In this document: positions 51,070-63,503 of the stretch, in pieces
How positions within the stretch are numbered: position 1 is the first letter of the stretch
How the letters are laid out: every line of letters starts with the position of its first letter
From: Bilabrum cf. latius
Taxonomy: Eukaryota
Direction: 5' to 3'
Assembly: GCA_965178125.1 (NCBI GenBank)
Contig: OZ237737.1
Span: 682,001-746,000, forward strand
Length of the DNA: 64,000 nt
Position numbers and translations under genes: made by a program
Notes under the pieces: model-generated
What the model saw: the letters and a program-made list of their open reading frames with translations, nothing else
The model's database searches: none
What the model was told of the DNA's origin: nothing

Positions 51070-52674
51070 ATGCACTCATCCAAGGCAGATTCAGCACAAA
51101 TGATTGCTTCTGCACTGGCCCGCGCTGCTGGTAAGGCTAGGGTGCGCCTAGGGCCGCCAAAGCAGGTGCCTGGGTACTACTTCCGAGGATTTGCTGAGCT
51201 GCGCACTGTAGGTCTAGCGGCCCCATATGCCAAGGAAATCATCAAAGACAAGTTTGAAAGGCTTCGTGGAAGGGATTCAGCTTTGCAGGCTTGGCAAGCC
51301 GGCGGAATTCTGCTGAGGTCCAAGATTCAAGATCTTGCATATCTGGGCAACCTGTGCATACGTGAAGCTGTCAATCTGATCAAGGCAAAACCTGCGCAGT
51401 TTACAGACAAAGATATTGAAGACATGCTGACCGACATCGAGCAATTGCTCTCGTCTGGACTGGTACAAGAGTGGGGTACGAGCGACGGCTTGTCGTCATT
51501 TAGTAAGATTTGCGAGGCCCGATGCGACGCGTGGGACGGCATGGACCTCGCGTGGCCCGTCCTCGCCCGATGGTCCCGCCTCGCTCCCGATGGCGAATGG
51601 GCCCCCATCCCCGACCCCTCCCCGCTGCTGGCCGCCGCCCCCGCCGCCCGAGCCGCCTTCGAGGCCGAGGCGGGTCACCTGCTGCAGGCTCCCCCGCCGC
51701 TGAGGAAAGGGCAGTGGCCCCGAAGCGTGACTGATGCAGTGCCACACTGGCTGGTGGATGCGGGCAGAGGCCCCGATGCCCCTGCAGCAAAGAGAGCGAG
51801 GGTGGCCTCAGGCAGCAGCTCTTCCACGGATGCATCTGAATCTGTCGAGGCAGCTGGCGAGACGCAGTGCTGGTCCACTGACCACCGGCCCTGGCGGGGA
51901 CGGGCGGCATGCGTGGCACTGCTTGCACCGGTGCGGCGCCGGCTGGCAGGCGTGCAGCCGCTGGCCATGCTGTGCGCGGCTCGGCTGCTCCGTTGGGACT
52001 TCCGGTTTGCGCAGCTGGGGGCGGGCTGGCTGCTGCGCGAGCTGTGGGCCGTGGAGCACAAGGAAGCAACCAGGGCAGGGCGGCGGGCGGGGGCGGCATC
52101 ATCGTCTGCATCGGCTGCATCGGCTGCATCGGCTGCATCGGCGGGCGAGGCTGATGTGCGATGGGACGTGGCGGTGGAGGGTCTGCTGGGCCGAGCCATG
52201 CGGAACGTGGGACTGGAAGGCAAGTCAGCTTGGGACAGTGCGGCAGCCGAGGGGGCTGCGTTGGATGGACTGGCAGTGGCATTACGAATGGAGGCTGAGC
52301 GTGGTGGTGAGGGGGCTGTGGGGCTGGCTGCAGCCAGTACTAGTAGCAGTACGGATCACGTGAGGTATCGCGATGCGGCAGCTGAGCTGCTTGGCCATAT
52401 GCGTGCAATCCCCGAGGGCATGCAGTATGCCGCCAGAAAGATGCCCGCAGGCAAGAAGGCCCGATTCGCATCGACTAGATCCTTAGCTCGGGTGAGCGAG
52501 AAATCAGCGAAGATACCCGGGGGAACCGCAGTCTCAAGCAAGGCAGCCCCGAGCAAGGCAGTCTCGAACAAGGCAGCCGGTGGTGCTGAACAACTTGCCT
52601 TCAATAGCCAGGGCAAGAGCAAGGCCAGCGGCAGGCGAAGTGACAGGGCCAGGAAGAGGGTGAGGGGGTCGTGA
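51070..52674 (+). CDS. Hypothetical protein (534 aa)
   Basis: Long ATG-to-TGA ORF filling the space between neighbours, with a basic C-terminus. No recognisable family. Confidence 0.6.
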   Translation: MHSSKADSAQMIASALARAAGKARVRLGPPKQVPGYYFRGFAELRTVGLAAPYAKEIIKDKFERLRGRDSALQAWQAGGILLRSKIQDLAYLGNLCIREAVNLIKAKPAQFTDKDIEDMLTDIEQLLSSGLVQEWGTSDGLSSFSKICEARCDAWDGMDLAWPVLARWSRLAPDGEWAPIPDPSPLLAAAPAARAAFEAEAGHLLQAPPPLRKGQWPRSVTDAVPHWLVDAGRGPDAPAAKRARVASGSSSSTDASESVEAAGETQCWSTDHRPWRGRAACVALLAPVRRRLAGVQPLAMLCAARLLRWDFRFAQLGAGWLLRELWAVEHKEATRAGRRAGAASSSASAASAASAASAGEADVRWDVAVEGLLGRAMRNVGLEGKSAWDSAAAEGAALDGLAVALRMEAERGGEGAVGLAAASTSSSTDHVRYRDAAAELLGHMRAIPEGMQYAARKMPAGKKARFASTRSLARVSEKSAKIPGGTAVSSKAAPSKAVSNKAAGGAEQLAFNSQGKSKASGRRSDRARKRVRGS

Positions 52675-52783
52675 CTTGTGACATGCGCAACCAGAGTGCC
52701 TGTGGCATTTGTGGAGCAGGGGGTGATGCTTCTCTGCAAAACCCGAAAACAGACGACCTGCGTGACTCGTGGTATCGAATCAA

Positions 52784-53986
52784 TCACTTGCCGGCTCCTC
52801 CCTTGGCAGCCCCATCGGCCTCTTTGCTCTCGTCTGCCCCTGCATCTTTCTTCTTCTTGCCCTCCTCCTCGTCCAGTTCATCCTTGAGCTTCTTCACCGC
52901 GCGCCGCTCGAGGGCAGCATCCGAGTAGCGTAGCTTGTTCGTGGTCAGCTCGTGCAGTGCAAGCACGCTCGCCACCAGGCCGCTGACGTACATGGCCATG
53001 TGCATGTCGTTTGTCTGCTGCATGACGGCCTTGCGGGTGGCCTCGACCGACATGTTGGGGAGCAGTCCGACGATCTCTTGGATGTGGCCCAGGATCTCCT
53101 GGTTCGCCTGCAGTTCGCCCGAATCCACGTCGCGCAGGTACGCTGCAATGGTCTCCAGTCGCTCCTGCAGCCCTCTCAGTCCGGCAATCTTGCTGCGAAC
53201 CTTCGCCCCAACAGTCGAGACGGAAGGGTCGTTGATGTCGCGCAGCAGGTGCTCCACGCCGACCTCCTCCGACTCGTACGCGCCAACTTCGGACGGGAGG
53301 TGTTCAAAAACTCGCTCTGTCTCTTTCCCAGCGGCTGAGACCTCTACACTTGTGTATGCGGACGTCGGCAAGCCCTCGTTGTCGGGCTTGACATTGACGA
53401 TCAGAAACACAGGGTTCGGACAATACCTTCGAATCATCCTATCAATTGCCAAATCTGCGGGTTTTACATTCGGGCCGGTAGAGTACCACCCAATTACTTT
53501 CTCCTTGCCTGCGATGAATCTAAATGGTCCGTCGGCACGGCAACGAGAATGCAAGCATCGCTCAAACACAAAGCAGACCAAGTGCGGCGTCGCAGGACAT
53601 GAGAGCATGCAAGAATTCAGCAAATAGAAGACTTGACAATTTCTGTGATGACACGCCCGCACAGATGCAACAAACCGGGATGAATGCTCACTAGTTACCT
53701 TCTTGAACATCCTCGCCATCACTTCAAGATAGTTGTGATCAATGAACCAAACCCTAGGATCCTTCTTATCCTCTTCAAACGGAACAGCAAATGAATTAGC
53801 CACGTCCACCTGGCCTTTTGATGTGCTCCCAAGCAAAACGCCCACCACACGTCGTGATCCTGGCTCCTTGGCATCCTTCAAAATTCGGTTGTAATGGTCG
53901 GTCACGTTCAGCAGTACCAATGGATGGCAAATTACACCTTTGAACCCATGGGGGGTAGCTGCTTTTGCCTCGCTTGCCGACGACAT
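52784..53986 (-). CDS. PSMD7: 26S proteasome lid subunit RPN8/PSMD7 (MPN-)
   Basis: HPLVLLNVTDHYNR, RVVGVLLG, NSFAVPFEED, WFIDHNYL, GWYSTGP, EEVGVEHLLRDI. Removing intron 53509-53691 gives KKVTSKEKVIGWY. Ends TGA. Confidence 0.95.
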   Translation of the reverse strand: MSSASEAKAATPHGFKGVICHPLVLLNVTDHYNRILKDAKEPGSRRVVGVLLGSTSKGQVDVANSFAVPFEEDKKDPRVWFIDHNYLEVMARMFKKVTSEHSSRFVASVRACHHRNCQVFYLLNSCMLSCPATPHLVCFVFERCLHSRCRADGPFRFIAGKEKVIGWYSTGPNVKPADLAIDRMIRRYCPNPVFLIVNVKPDNEGLPTSAYTSVEVSAAGKETERVFEHLPSEVGAYESEEVGVEHLLRDINDPSVSTVGAKVRSKIAGLRGLQERLETIAAYLRDVDSGELQANQEILGHIQEIVGLLPNMSVEATRKAVMQQTNDMHMAMYVSGLVASVLALHELTTNKLRYSDAALERRAVKKLKDELDEEEGKKKKDAGADESKEADGAAKGGAGK

Positions 53987-54101
53987 ACCGGCAAAAAAAT
54001 GAATTGCGCTCGTTCGTCTTGTTTCGTCTGTGACGGTGTGATGATTAAAACGAGCACTTTTACACAAATTACGAAAACTATCTGAATGCAGAATTTGCGC
54101 A

Positions 54102-55319
54102 ATGCTAATTGGAATTTGGGCAATTTTCCTTGCCCAGTTGTTTATTACTAGCTTTGCACACCGTTCATCGAAGAGGGGGGTAGAAAAATATGCTAATTCG
54201 TCGTGGAAGCCACAGTCTTGGATCCATGATATTCTGCCAGAGCTTGGCGATGCGAGCTATTTTGATGTAACGATGCCTGGGACACACGATGCCGCCACGT
54301 ATAAACTGTATGAAGTGTTTGCTCCTGGATCCGACGAGGCCCTAGAAGACATCGTGAAACTCGCAAAGGATCTTGGCATCGATGTGTATCCAGTCATCGA
54401 ATCATGGGCCACGGCACAGAATGTAACCCTGTTCGACCAGCTGTCGCAAGGAATTCGGTTTATTGATCTGCGAGCTTGCAATAACGGCACCAGTGGCTGG
54501 CGCACTCACCACATGATAATGGGCAATCCCATTCATGACTTGCTAGAGCAAGTCAGGTCGTATCTTGAACTGCCAGACGTGCATGGCGAGGTCGTAACAC
54601 TCCACGTGTCGCATTTCTACGGAACTAACACAAACGACACGCGCCGTAGGGAGCTGGCAGCCGACATTCACTCGGTTTTGGGAAAGTGGCTGGTTCACAG
54701 GCCGGCGACCCTGCCCGCCCCTCCTTCGCCTAGCACGAACCCCCTCGCTCTGCCACTGCGGCAACTTCTAGCCGGAGGCAGCAAGGTCTTGGTCTCGTTT
54801 GAGGACCAAATCGTTGGCACAGACCCTGAGTTCCCTGGCCTGTGGCCGGACACGGACACGCTCGCCGGCTCGTACTGCAACATGGACAAGCTGGGTGACA
54901 TGCTGGCCTGCAATGAGGCAAAGGCGCTGCAGCTGCCCCTCGGGGCAGATGGAAAGATCTCTGAGATGTGGTACACACTCACAGAGCAGACCGATGACAT
55001 CATCGCTGGGTTGCTTGAGCCTGGCTCGCACCCGACCTCTCTTCACGAGCTGTGCGCGCCCGCCGACGCTCGCTTCCTGTCGTGGGCCCACGAGCTGAGC
55101 AACTCGACGCTGGGGAACGCGCTGCTAGTTGACTGGTTTTAGACCACGGGAGTGGTAGAGTGGGCGGTCAACGACGCGCTCCGGCTGTGCGTGGACGACA
55201 TGGCGTGGCGGGCCAGAGACGCGGGCGGGGCGGGGCAGGACTGCAGGTCCTGGGCCTTGGCAGGCAACTGTACGGCCGCCAATTCCAAGAGATGCCCAAG
55301 GTCTTGCCAGGTGTGCTAA
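54102..55319 (+). CDS. Secreted PI-PLC X-domain protein with C-terminal ShKT-like domain
   Basis: Signal peptide; MPGTHDAATY, QL..GIRFIDLR, GEVVTL. After TAG 55140: CVD...DCRSWALAGNC...CPRSCQVC, then TAA at 55317-55319. Confidence 0.82.
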
Positions 55320-55605
55320 GGATATCAATGGCGTACCAGCTGGTATGTTGCTCGCAGGCTGCACACCGCCATCTCGTCGAGAGGTTGCAGGTGGAGCATG
55401 CCGATGCAGCGAGTGGGCCTGGCCGTGGTGCCGCAGCAAGCGTTGTTGGCCGAGACGCGAGATTCTCATGATAATTGTACTAATAGTATGAATTTGAAAT
55501 GCTCTATTCTTGTGTGGTCGTACCCAAGATTCGCTACAACGGGCGGGCGATCTGCCGAGCGCGCATCGCAGGCGAGCCATGCTCACTGGCTGCACTGACT
55601 TCGCT

Positions 55606-58419
55606 TTAGAGACCCCCGCCGGGCTTGTTCGGACCGGCTGCAGCAATCGGGATCACAGTTACGGGGCGGCGCGACCCGGAGGGGCACAAAAAGTACTGGC
55701 GCTAGGTGAGCGGGCCAGACGCGCCCGCTACTGCCAGCTGCCGTGCAAGCCGTTCCTAGTCCTGTCGGCTTTGTGCAATGCCACTCGCCCCGCTGCGTTT
55801 CTTGGAACCAGCAGTTTTGTGACCGCTGGCACACGCCACATTGGAACACCCAGGTTGGCCACACCCTCTACGCAGCTAGGCAGAGTACAGTCGCACAAGG
55901 TGTCGGCTGAGAGCACCGACAGACGCGCTCGCGTCCGGCTCCTGCATGACATCATCGGACACTGGGTCTACGATCCGGTCAAAGCAGTCGAGGCACAGCT
56001 CCCAGTCATGCCGGGACGTACCCTCGTCGTCTGTATCGCTGTCACTGCCCGCACCAGACTCTGCGCGTCGCCTGCTTGAGCCATCCACGAAATGGGCACA
56101 CGCCTGGTTCCGGCACCGTCGGCGCGCCGAAGCAACCCCAGCGCCGCCGCCCGAACCTTGGGTAGCTGCGCCTTGTGTCCCTGCCTGCCCCCCGAGACGA
56201 TGCCGCATCGCTGCTGCACGAGCCGTGGTGCCGATAGAGGTTCCGCACATGGCGCAAGCAGTGGCTCCTGGTGCGTTCTTATAGGTGCAGTTGCTGCACG
56301 CCTTCTCTGTGTCTTTGGCCCGGATTGGTGCAGGCGGGGGCGCTGCAGCAGCACCTGGCGCGGCCAAGGCGCCCGTGCCTGCCACAATTCGGCACCTCTC
56401 AGACAGCGCAAAGTGCTCCGGGTAGTCCTTGAGGCGATACCTTCGGCTGCATCCAGGGCATATCTCGGTCCGGTTCCCGCACCTGGCTTCGTGCCCAGAC
56501 AGCTCATGGCGCGCATCCACTGGGTCGCTTGGTGGCGTGCCCATCTCCACGATGTCTTTGCAGAATCGACACTGCTGCAGGCGCATGGGGCAATCGCCCC
56601 TCTTGGTGTTCCTGTGCTGGCGCAGGCTGACATAATTCTTTACCGAAGCTCCGCACTCGCAACGGATAGGAGAATGCCACGCTGCGTTATGGCGTCTACG
56701 ACCGGCTTCGTCATCCCTGACTTGTCGCCCACACAACTTGCAGTGCCCGTGCAGCCTTGCTTCCTCCGAGCCAGCCCGCAGCAGCTCACCGCACTCTTTG
56801 CACTTCCGCAAGTGTCGCCGGCAGTAGGCTTCATGCATGACCATCCTGTGCTTTGGCACAGATCCCCCACAGTTGCTGCATACGCTACTGCCTGCATCCA
56901 CTGCACCAGCCGCACTGCCTCCGTCGCCTCCCACCCTCAGGCCGTGCCTGGCAGCTTTATCGAGCGAAACACGGATCCGCATTCGAACAGTGCGTTGGAC
57001 TTTCTGCTCCGAAAGCTCTTCTGATCCATATCCCGAACTTGCATCGGCACGCACCGATACAAAATGCCTCTGGCCAGCGGTCCCAAGCAGGTGTGTCGGC
57101 GCCGGAGGCAAAGCCATGGGCAGTCTAGACAGGGAGCCGCCATGCAAACCATCACGCTCTGCATCCTTACTTGGCATGCAAGCGTCGAACTCTACTGAAG
57201 CTAGCTGCATTGCATCGATGCTAGCTTGCTCGTGCGAAAGCAGAGAGGGTCTGGGGCATGCCTCCCCGCACGAGACGAACAGACTGGGGCAAGGCCGACT
57301 GCCGACTCGGGGCGATGATGACGCACCTGACCCACCGGCTGCAGAGGACATCGCTGGCATTGAGGACTCGCCCCGCATAACCTCTGCCTCGACTCGGAAT
57401 CGGGGTGCTCCGCCCTCTGACCAACCGACTGGCAGCTACAAGCCACTCGAAGGCGTTGAGGACAGCTTGCCAGCGGCGGCTTGGCTTGCTCGCCCTGCTT
57501 GTGCACGGCCAGACGGGCCATGCATGCTTCCGGCCGTAGCCGAGGGATTTCCTAGCCATGCCGGTGGATAAAATGCGAATCGGCTGTATGCATTCATGGG
57601 TGCCTCGAATTCAGTCCACCCTAGGTCTTGCCGGTGGCCGGCCCCGGCAGCAGCACCTCTGGATCTTGCTGGCTGCTCACCGGAGCTGCTCTGCTCTGCT
57701 GTAGGGCGCAGCCCTGGGGACACGCATACGGCTAATTTGGCTGTGGGCTATCTGCCATCACAGCTCCCTGCATTCATGGCTGACTTGATGTCGATGCTCA
57801 CATCTGCGTCCAGCAACGATGCCCCGGTGGCTTCCACTCCAGGCCCGCCTGTCGCAGCCGCGCTCAATGACGCGCTTCCGGCGGGCTCTGTACGCGCTAC
57901 TCGGACATGCTCTATAAGTACTTCAAATACTTCGCCTCCGTGCCTTATTTTGATGATTGATCCTCTTGTCGCAGTTGCAACTGCCTTGCCTAGCACCTGC
58001 TCCAGGCAGGCACTAGCGTCCGGAATATCGCTGAAGTCAGCCGTAAGCGGCCTCAGCACCAGCAAAGACGCCTTTTGCAGACTAATACTCCGAATTACTG
58101 CAGTACTGGAGCAAGGAATGGCCTGTGTCACGCCCTCCGCAGGCAAGGATGCTTGGTGGGGGCTCGTGCGCGGCGGCAACGATATGGAATCCATCACACG
58201 CTCGGGCAGTTCAACGGTACCGGGAGCTGCAGAGAAATCCAATATGCCACAGAATGATGAGCTCGTCCCTTTGGACAGGGAAATTCGAATGTGCTTGCTA
58301 TTGGACGACAACACTGGTTGCAGCGCTGCTGGGGGCAGCCGAACCTTGTCTCCCTGCTGTTCAAACCATTCCGCGCTGCGCAGTGGTACACATTTGAGCT
58401 CAAATCGAAACTGTTGCAT
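55606..58419 (-). CDS. UFD1-like N-terminal domain + TRAF/XAF1-type zinc fingers + RanBP2-type ZnF + AZUL-like domain
   Basis: GDKVRLPPAAL...CGILDFSA..G.VELP; CSNC...MHEAYCRR; CRFC..HEARCGNRTEIC; ACSNCTYKN..C..CG; LYSA(TAG)LRRGCGQPGCSNVAC. TAA at 55606. Confidence 0.8.
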
Positions 58420-58579
58420 CCCATACGTTGGCTTTCTGCTATTGTGACGGCATGTGACTGTGGTACTTTTTGAGCATTTTGTGTGATGATCGCGTGAACA
58501 GTGCCCACACATTCTGGCCACGCATGACCACAACTAGCATCTGCTTTGAGAACTTCGTCTTGGGGCTGCAAATTTAATC

Positions 58580-59353
58580 ATGAGGCGGTTCGGTGGTTTG
58601 TATTCAAGAGTTCTACGCTCAACAGCGCCTTGGGCAGGCCGCCAAATGTCGCGGATCTAGCAAAGGTTTGCGTCTGCTAAAAGCACCGGGGGGCAAAGTC
58701 CTCTGCAGTGGTACATGAAAATGCTCGAAACAAATCCCCTCCCAACCAAGGTGGTGACTTCTTGCGTAATTGCTTTCGGGGGCAACATGATTTCGCAGCT
58801 CGGAATAGAGGGCAAGTCTGTCGACAAGATTGAATGGCAGAGAACCGCAAGGTTCATGCTAATCATCGGCGTAGGTCTTGGTGGTTGGCTCCACTACTGG
58901 TACGGTTGGCTGGGTGGAGCGATCCCGGGGTCGGGGGCAGTGCAAGTTGCCAAGAGAGTCCTTGTCGACCAGTTTGTGTCAGCGCCGCCGATCCTAGCCG
59001 GGGTATTTTTGGCAGAAGGGGCCCTCAAGGGTGAACTTCACAAGGTGCCCGAATAGCTCAAGGCTGGATACCTCGATGTGATGCTTACGAACTACAAAGT
59101 TTGGCCGGCCGCAATGGCGGTGAACTTTGCCCTTGTGCCTCCGTAGTTCTAGGTTCTCTTCGCGAATGCCGTTGGATTGGCATGGAACGCATACCTTGGC
59201 TACATGACCAACGCTTCTGCAGGTGGTGATGGAAGCCAAGATGGTGTATCAGCTGCTGGCGGAGCCGAGGAGGGTGCTCCAGCGCAGTCCGTTTCGCCGC
59301 AGGCTCAGGCTAGCTTGGACGAGGGCAAGGACCAAAAGGAGGGGCGGCAATGA
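58580..59353 (+). CDS. Mpv17/PMP22 family membrane protein
   Basis: WY..ML..NPL.TK..TS, RTARF, HYWY.WL, RVLVDQ, NYKVWP....VNFALVPP(TAG)F(TAG)VLFANAVGLAWNAYL. TGA at 59351-59353. Confidence 0.9.
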
Positions 59354-59708
59354 TACCATCAGTGTATTAGCAGTGTTGATGGACGGTTTCTCAGTCAATT
59401 TCTGCGAACGCTCTGGACGGGTTGTGGTTGTAGCATCAACGAGCTGTCAACCCCGGTGCTATCTTTGTCAGTCCGGCCGCCTGTACTGCATAGTATGTTG
59501 CTGGTCCCACGCAATCCCTCATGTTGCCCGGTACTCATGAAGGACGAACCAGCCGGCAAAAAATCGTGCGATCATCGTGCAACGCACAGGCAATGCGACC
59601 ACACGCCCCATTCATCAAGAAGAAGATAGGGACTGGCCACCATGAACTAGAAGAATCTCCAGCAGTGCAAACTCCATTCGTACTCATGCTGGATTGCGCA
59701 AGTTTAAA

Positions 59709-62700
59709 ATGAACATTCACCACCTAAGCGTTCTTGATGATCAAAGGAATGAAGACGCCGTTGCTGCAGTGCTTGTGTCGTTTGAATGCTCTATCCGCAT
59801 CAACAAGCACGATGCGCAGCAGGGACTTGTATCTGTTCTTCCTGAGGGACTCATTGTTACAGTTCATAGAGAGAGAGCAACGGATGCCGCCGGGTCAGGG
59901 CAGGCGTTGCCTTCACCGGTGAAGTTTACAAGAGCGTCCATTCGTAGACGAATCCAGTCTGCATTGGCTGCTAGGGACAAACATGCAGCCGCGGTGCTCA
60001 CAATAGAGGAAGACAGCACATGTGCATGTTGTCTCCCTTTTTGCGGGGGCGATGATTTTGTTGTCAACACTGCTCAAATGCACGCCCAGTAGAAGCGCCT
60101 CGAAGCTCTGCACTCGTTGCTCCAACCAGAGCATGTACAAGCAATTGCTGCGAAGGCAAGCGCGGCAGTGCCAATTTGCGGGCCCCTCCAACATTTTGTC
60201 TTCCCCCGAGTGGAATGGCGGGACCACAGGTCTCATGTTGTCCTGGCTGCATGCAAGCCTGCCGCTCACATTGGAGCAAGCCCTGGGCAAGTCGATGCTG
60301 CGGTCGAGGAACACCTCGAGTGCATGCAGAGCGGGTCGGCAGTGCTGCCAGAGATCGCCAATCCGATCCATGGCAGCGGCATCGAGAGCCACGCCGCTGT
60401 GCGACTTGAGCTATCCCCTGCCGCACTGGTCCGCGCTGACCGAGGCTAGAAGGAGACAGGTCAATTGCGAGAGCAAAGCAACGAAGAAAGCGCTGAGCCA
60501 TCCACTGCACCTGCACAAGGTTTTGGGGCATTGCAATCGAAAGGGCGGCTGTCTGGCGCCTCGGCAAGCCGTGCGGTGGAGCCACTGGTAGCCGCTCTAT
60601 CAGAGTGGGGTGACGAATACAAAACCGCGCAATAGCCGTCCGAACCGGGAGCTGGACCTGGCGGGGGTCATGGCGGATCAAGCGGCTCAGATGATGCCGT
60701 GCTTGTTGAGCAGCACTGTGAGGGCTCACCTAGCCGCGGGCAGGGGCAGAGACCGACGGGGCTCGACCTGCGGCAGGTTGCATCGGGCGCAGCCTCCGCA
60801 AAGCAACTCCTGCTACTGGACTCCGATGGCCCCGGCTCGTAGCCTGCTGCATCCGGCGCGAATTATGCGGCTTCTTCCGGGTCTCGTTCTAATGGTCCTT
60901 TCGCGCATGAAGTTGTGTCGTGCACTTCAGAGATCATGCGTGTAGCAGCACGAGCCGGCGTGTCCGGGGCCTCCTCGCAGTAGCCACCTGGTACAGGTAG
61001 TGGCAGACAAGATGATGGTAGCCTCGCCAAGATCTAGGGCAGAATCAAGCAAATCTGGTTCGTAGCTCGAGAGCTCCTAGTGACGGAATGCTCCGGTGCC
61101 CTGGATGCTTGCACCACGGATGGCGTGCTCGAGGCATCGCTCACTGGCAGGGGGGGGCGCCCAGAAGCCCCAGCCTCACGTGGAACGCATGCCGCGGAAA
61201 GAGCAGAATCGAGCACTTCCACTGCAGATCCGCCGCATACGACTGGGTCAGACGGTGCTGCAGCAACCGCAGCTGCAGACGTGTCAAGTGCCGCCGCCGG
61301 GCTGCGAGAGCACCTGGTCAACGCAGGCGTCGCCTCATGGAGCCAAGATGCGCCGAGGTAGCTGCTGCGAGCCGTTCCAGTGCCTCAATGCAGCTAGGCA
61401 GTTCAGTGGTTCGGCAATAACTTGGGCCACATCGCAAAGGCCGTACTTGCGGCGAGCGAGGATGGCGCCGGCGGGCTGGCCTCGGTACAGGCTGATGCGG
61501 CCCTGGCAGACAGGTGGGTTCCGTTCCTTGCCGTGTGCAGCACGATTTGTACGGCACTGAAGGAGCGCTTTATTGCTCAGGTGGCAGCAGATGACCAGCG
61601 GAATGGCATCTAGGTGGCGTCCCTCCTGCCGTACTGCCGCAGGTATGCCCGGTCGCAAGCCACGAGGCGGCGCTGGCGGGATGCTGCTGATGTGTAGTGG
61701 AAGGCCTGGGAGTCGGCGTGCGGAACGGCTGCTTCCACTGGTATCGTCTCGCTAGATGCACTGAAGAGGCCCCTTGTCCCAGAGGCGGAGCCGGGCCAAG
61801 CCAGGGCGGCGTCAGGTGCAGATTCTCAGTACGCACAAGCCGGAGCATTCCTTGTGCTGAAACCGCGTCCAGAGGCCCGATCTCTCGACAACCTGGAGTC
61901 TGCTCTAGTGAGGCCCGTCCAACGAGCTTGCCGATACCCGCTGCTGGCACATGCGCTTGCGTCAGCCGCAGACAAGGCCCTGGCTTGCGTGGAAGAGTTT
62001 GCCGGTGGCGCGGGCGGGGAACGGGGCAAGGCAGACGGGGAGGCAGGAGTGCCCAGCATGGGTGACACGGAGAGAATTGCGGGAGCCTTGAGTGCCCTTG
62101 CAGTGGCAGCCAGGTCGCTGGAATCTAGTGCAGCAAGTTTTGCAGCTGCCGTGAACCAGTGCGCCTCGGAAGCAGAGATGGACCGGGCCCTGCAGCACCT
62201 TCATGCGCAGCTTCTTCGAGGCAACGCGCTTGCACCAGGCGCCGCTCTGCCCCCGCATGACGTGGTCGCACCTGGCCGCAAGCTGGGGTGGTGTATGCCG
62301 GATGCAGCCCAGAGTGGCCCAAGCACAGCTGCAACGACCAAAGGCGGCACCATCGGCTGGGTGGTGATGTGGGACAGGCACGATCACCCACTCGCGATTC
62401 GGCCGGTCGATAGTGCACCGCCATTGATCCGAGGCGCTGGCGCAGACGAGGCCGGCTCAAGCGCCAGCCCTGGGGACCCAGCAATAGCGACGTTAGTGCT
62501 CGCTTGGGCATCGGGTGGTGCAGATGCAGCAGCAGCCCAGTCCAAACAGAGTGGTAGTAGTGTGGGCGATGGTGCTCCACGGAAAGCAAAACCGGCCAGA
62601 AGACTCGTCAAACCTGGGGCAACACGTGCTTCCAAGATGCTGAAGCGAAAGCGTGCCATCGAAGCGACCATGATGGTGAAGCCAAAAGTAGAGAAGGGCG

Positions 62701-63503
62701 AAGGCTAGGGCAAAGCAAGCTTCAGACGAGGCGGCTCCAGTGGCGCTTCATCGGAGGGCACCCCAGCCGGAGGGGGTTGCGCGGCTGGCATGCCAAGGGG
62801 TGGCTCGGCTGGCCCGGGGGGAGAGTCCGGAGAGGCTGCTGCCGACTGGGAATGGGACAGCAGCGGGCCAACCCCTGCAATTCTTGCTCTCCATGGGATG
62901 CACGTGCTTCTACCGGACCAGCTTTTGCTCTCAACAGGCATTGCGCAGGCTTCCAGTGGCAGTCCCATCATGATCGCTGGGGACGCTGTTGTGCCTGCAG
63001 ACGGTGCTTGCAGTGCGCTCGGGCTCGCCGCGAGGGTGGATCTGGGCCGGTGCCACGCGCCCAGGGAGTTGTACAGGATATCAGATGCGAGCGATGCGTT
63101 TGCGTTCGATTTGTTCCATTCGTGGTCCGCTGTCGGCGGCGCAAGAGGCGATGGATCCACACTTGCGGCAGTGGAACGCATCTCTTTCGTGTTTGCTGGG
63201 AGGGTTGCTGCGATCGAAGCACGGCGAAGGCTGAATGATGTCATTGGTAAGCTCAAGGAGGGGCAAAACGCGTTGTTGCTCCAAAGCTCGGAGCAAGCTG
63301 CCGATGAGGATAGGTGCGCGGAGGGTGTTGGGCAATAGCACATCGACGCTCCAGGTGAGATGCCAGACCTGTCAGCCGCCCCTCGAGAAACTGGCCGGCG
63401 GCTAACTATGACGAGACGATCATCAGCAGCCGTACGCCGGAGATAGGATGCGTTGGCTGCGCTTGTCGGTAAGCTCAAAGCCAGTCGAACAGACCAGGGC
63501 TGA
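59709..63503 (+). CDS. Divergent RhoGEF (DH-domain) protein
   Basis: One frame with ~13 TAGs. DH-like ARELLVTE, WFGNNL, PYC, LESALVRPVQRACRYPLL, AVN. TGA at 63501-63503; start uncertain. Confidence 0.7.

Noticed and set aside
53509-53691. Apparent 61-aa Cys-rich insertion in RPN8 (and a 43-aa one at 12115-12243 in the ankyrin gene)
   Set aside because: These are stop-free introns of length 3n bounded by GTGAG and TCGCAG; removal restores homologous sequence.
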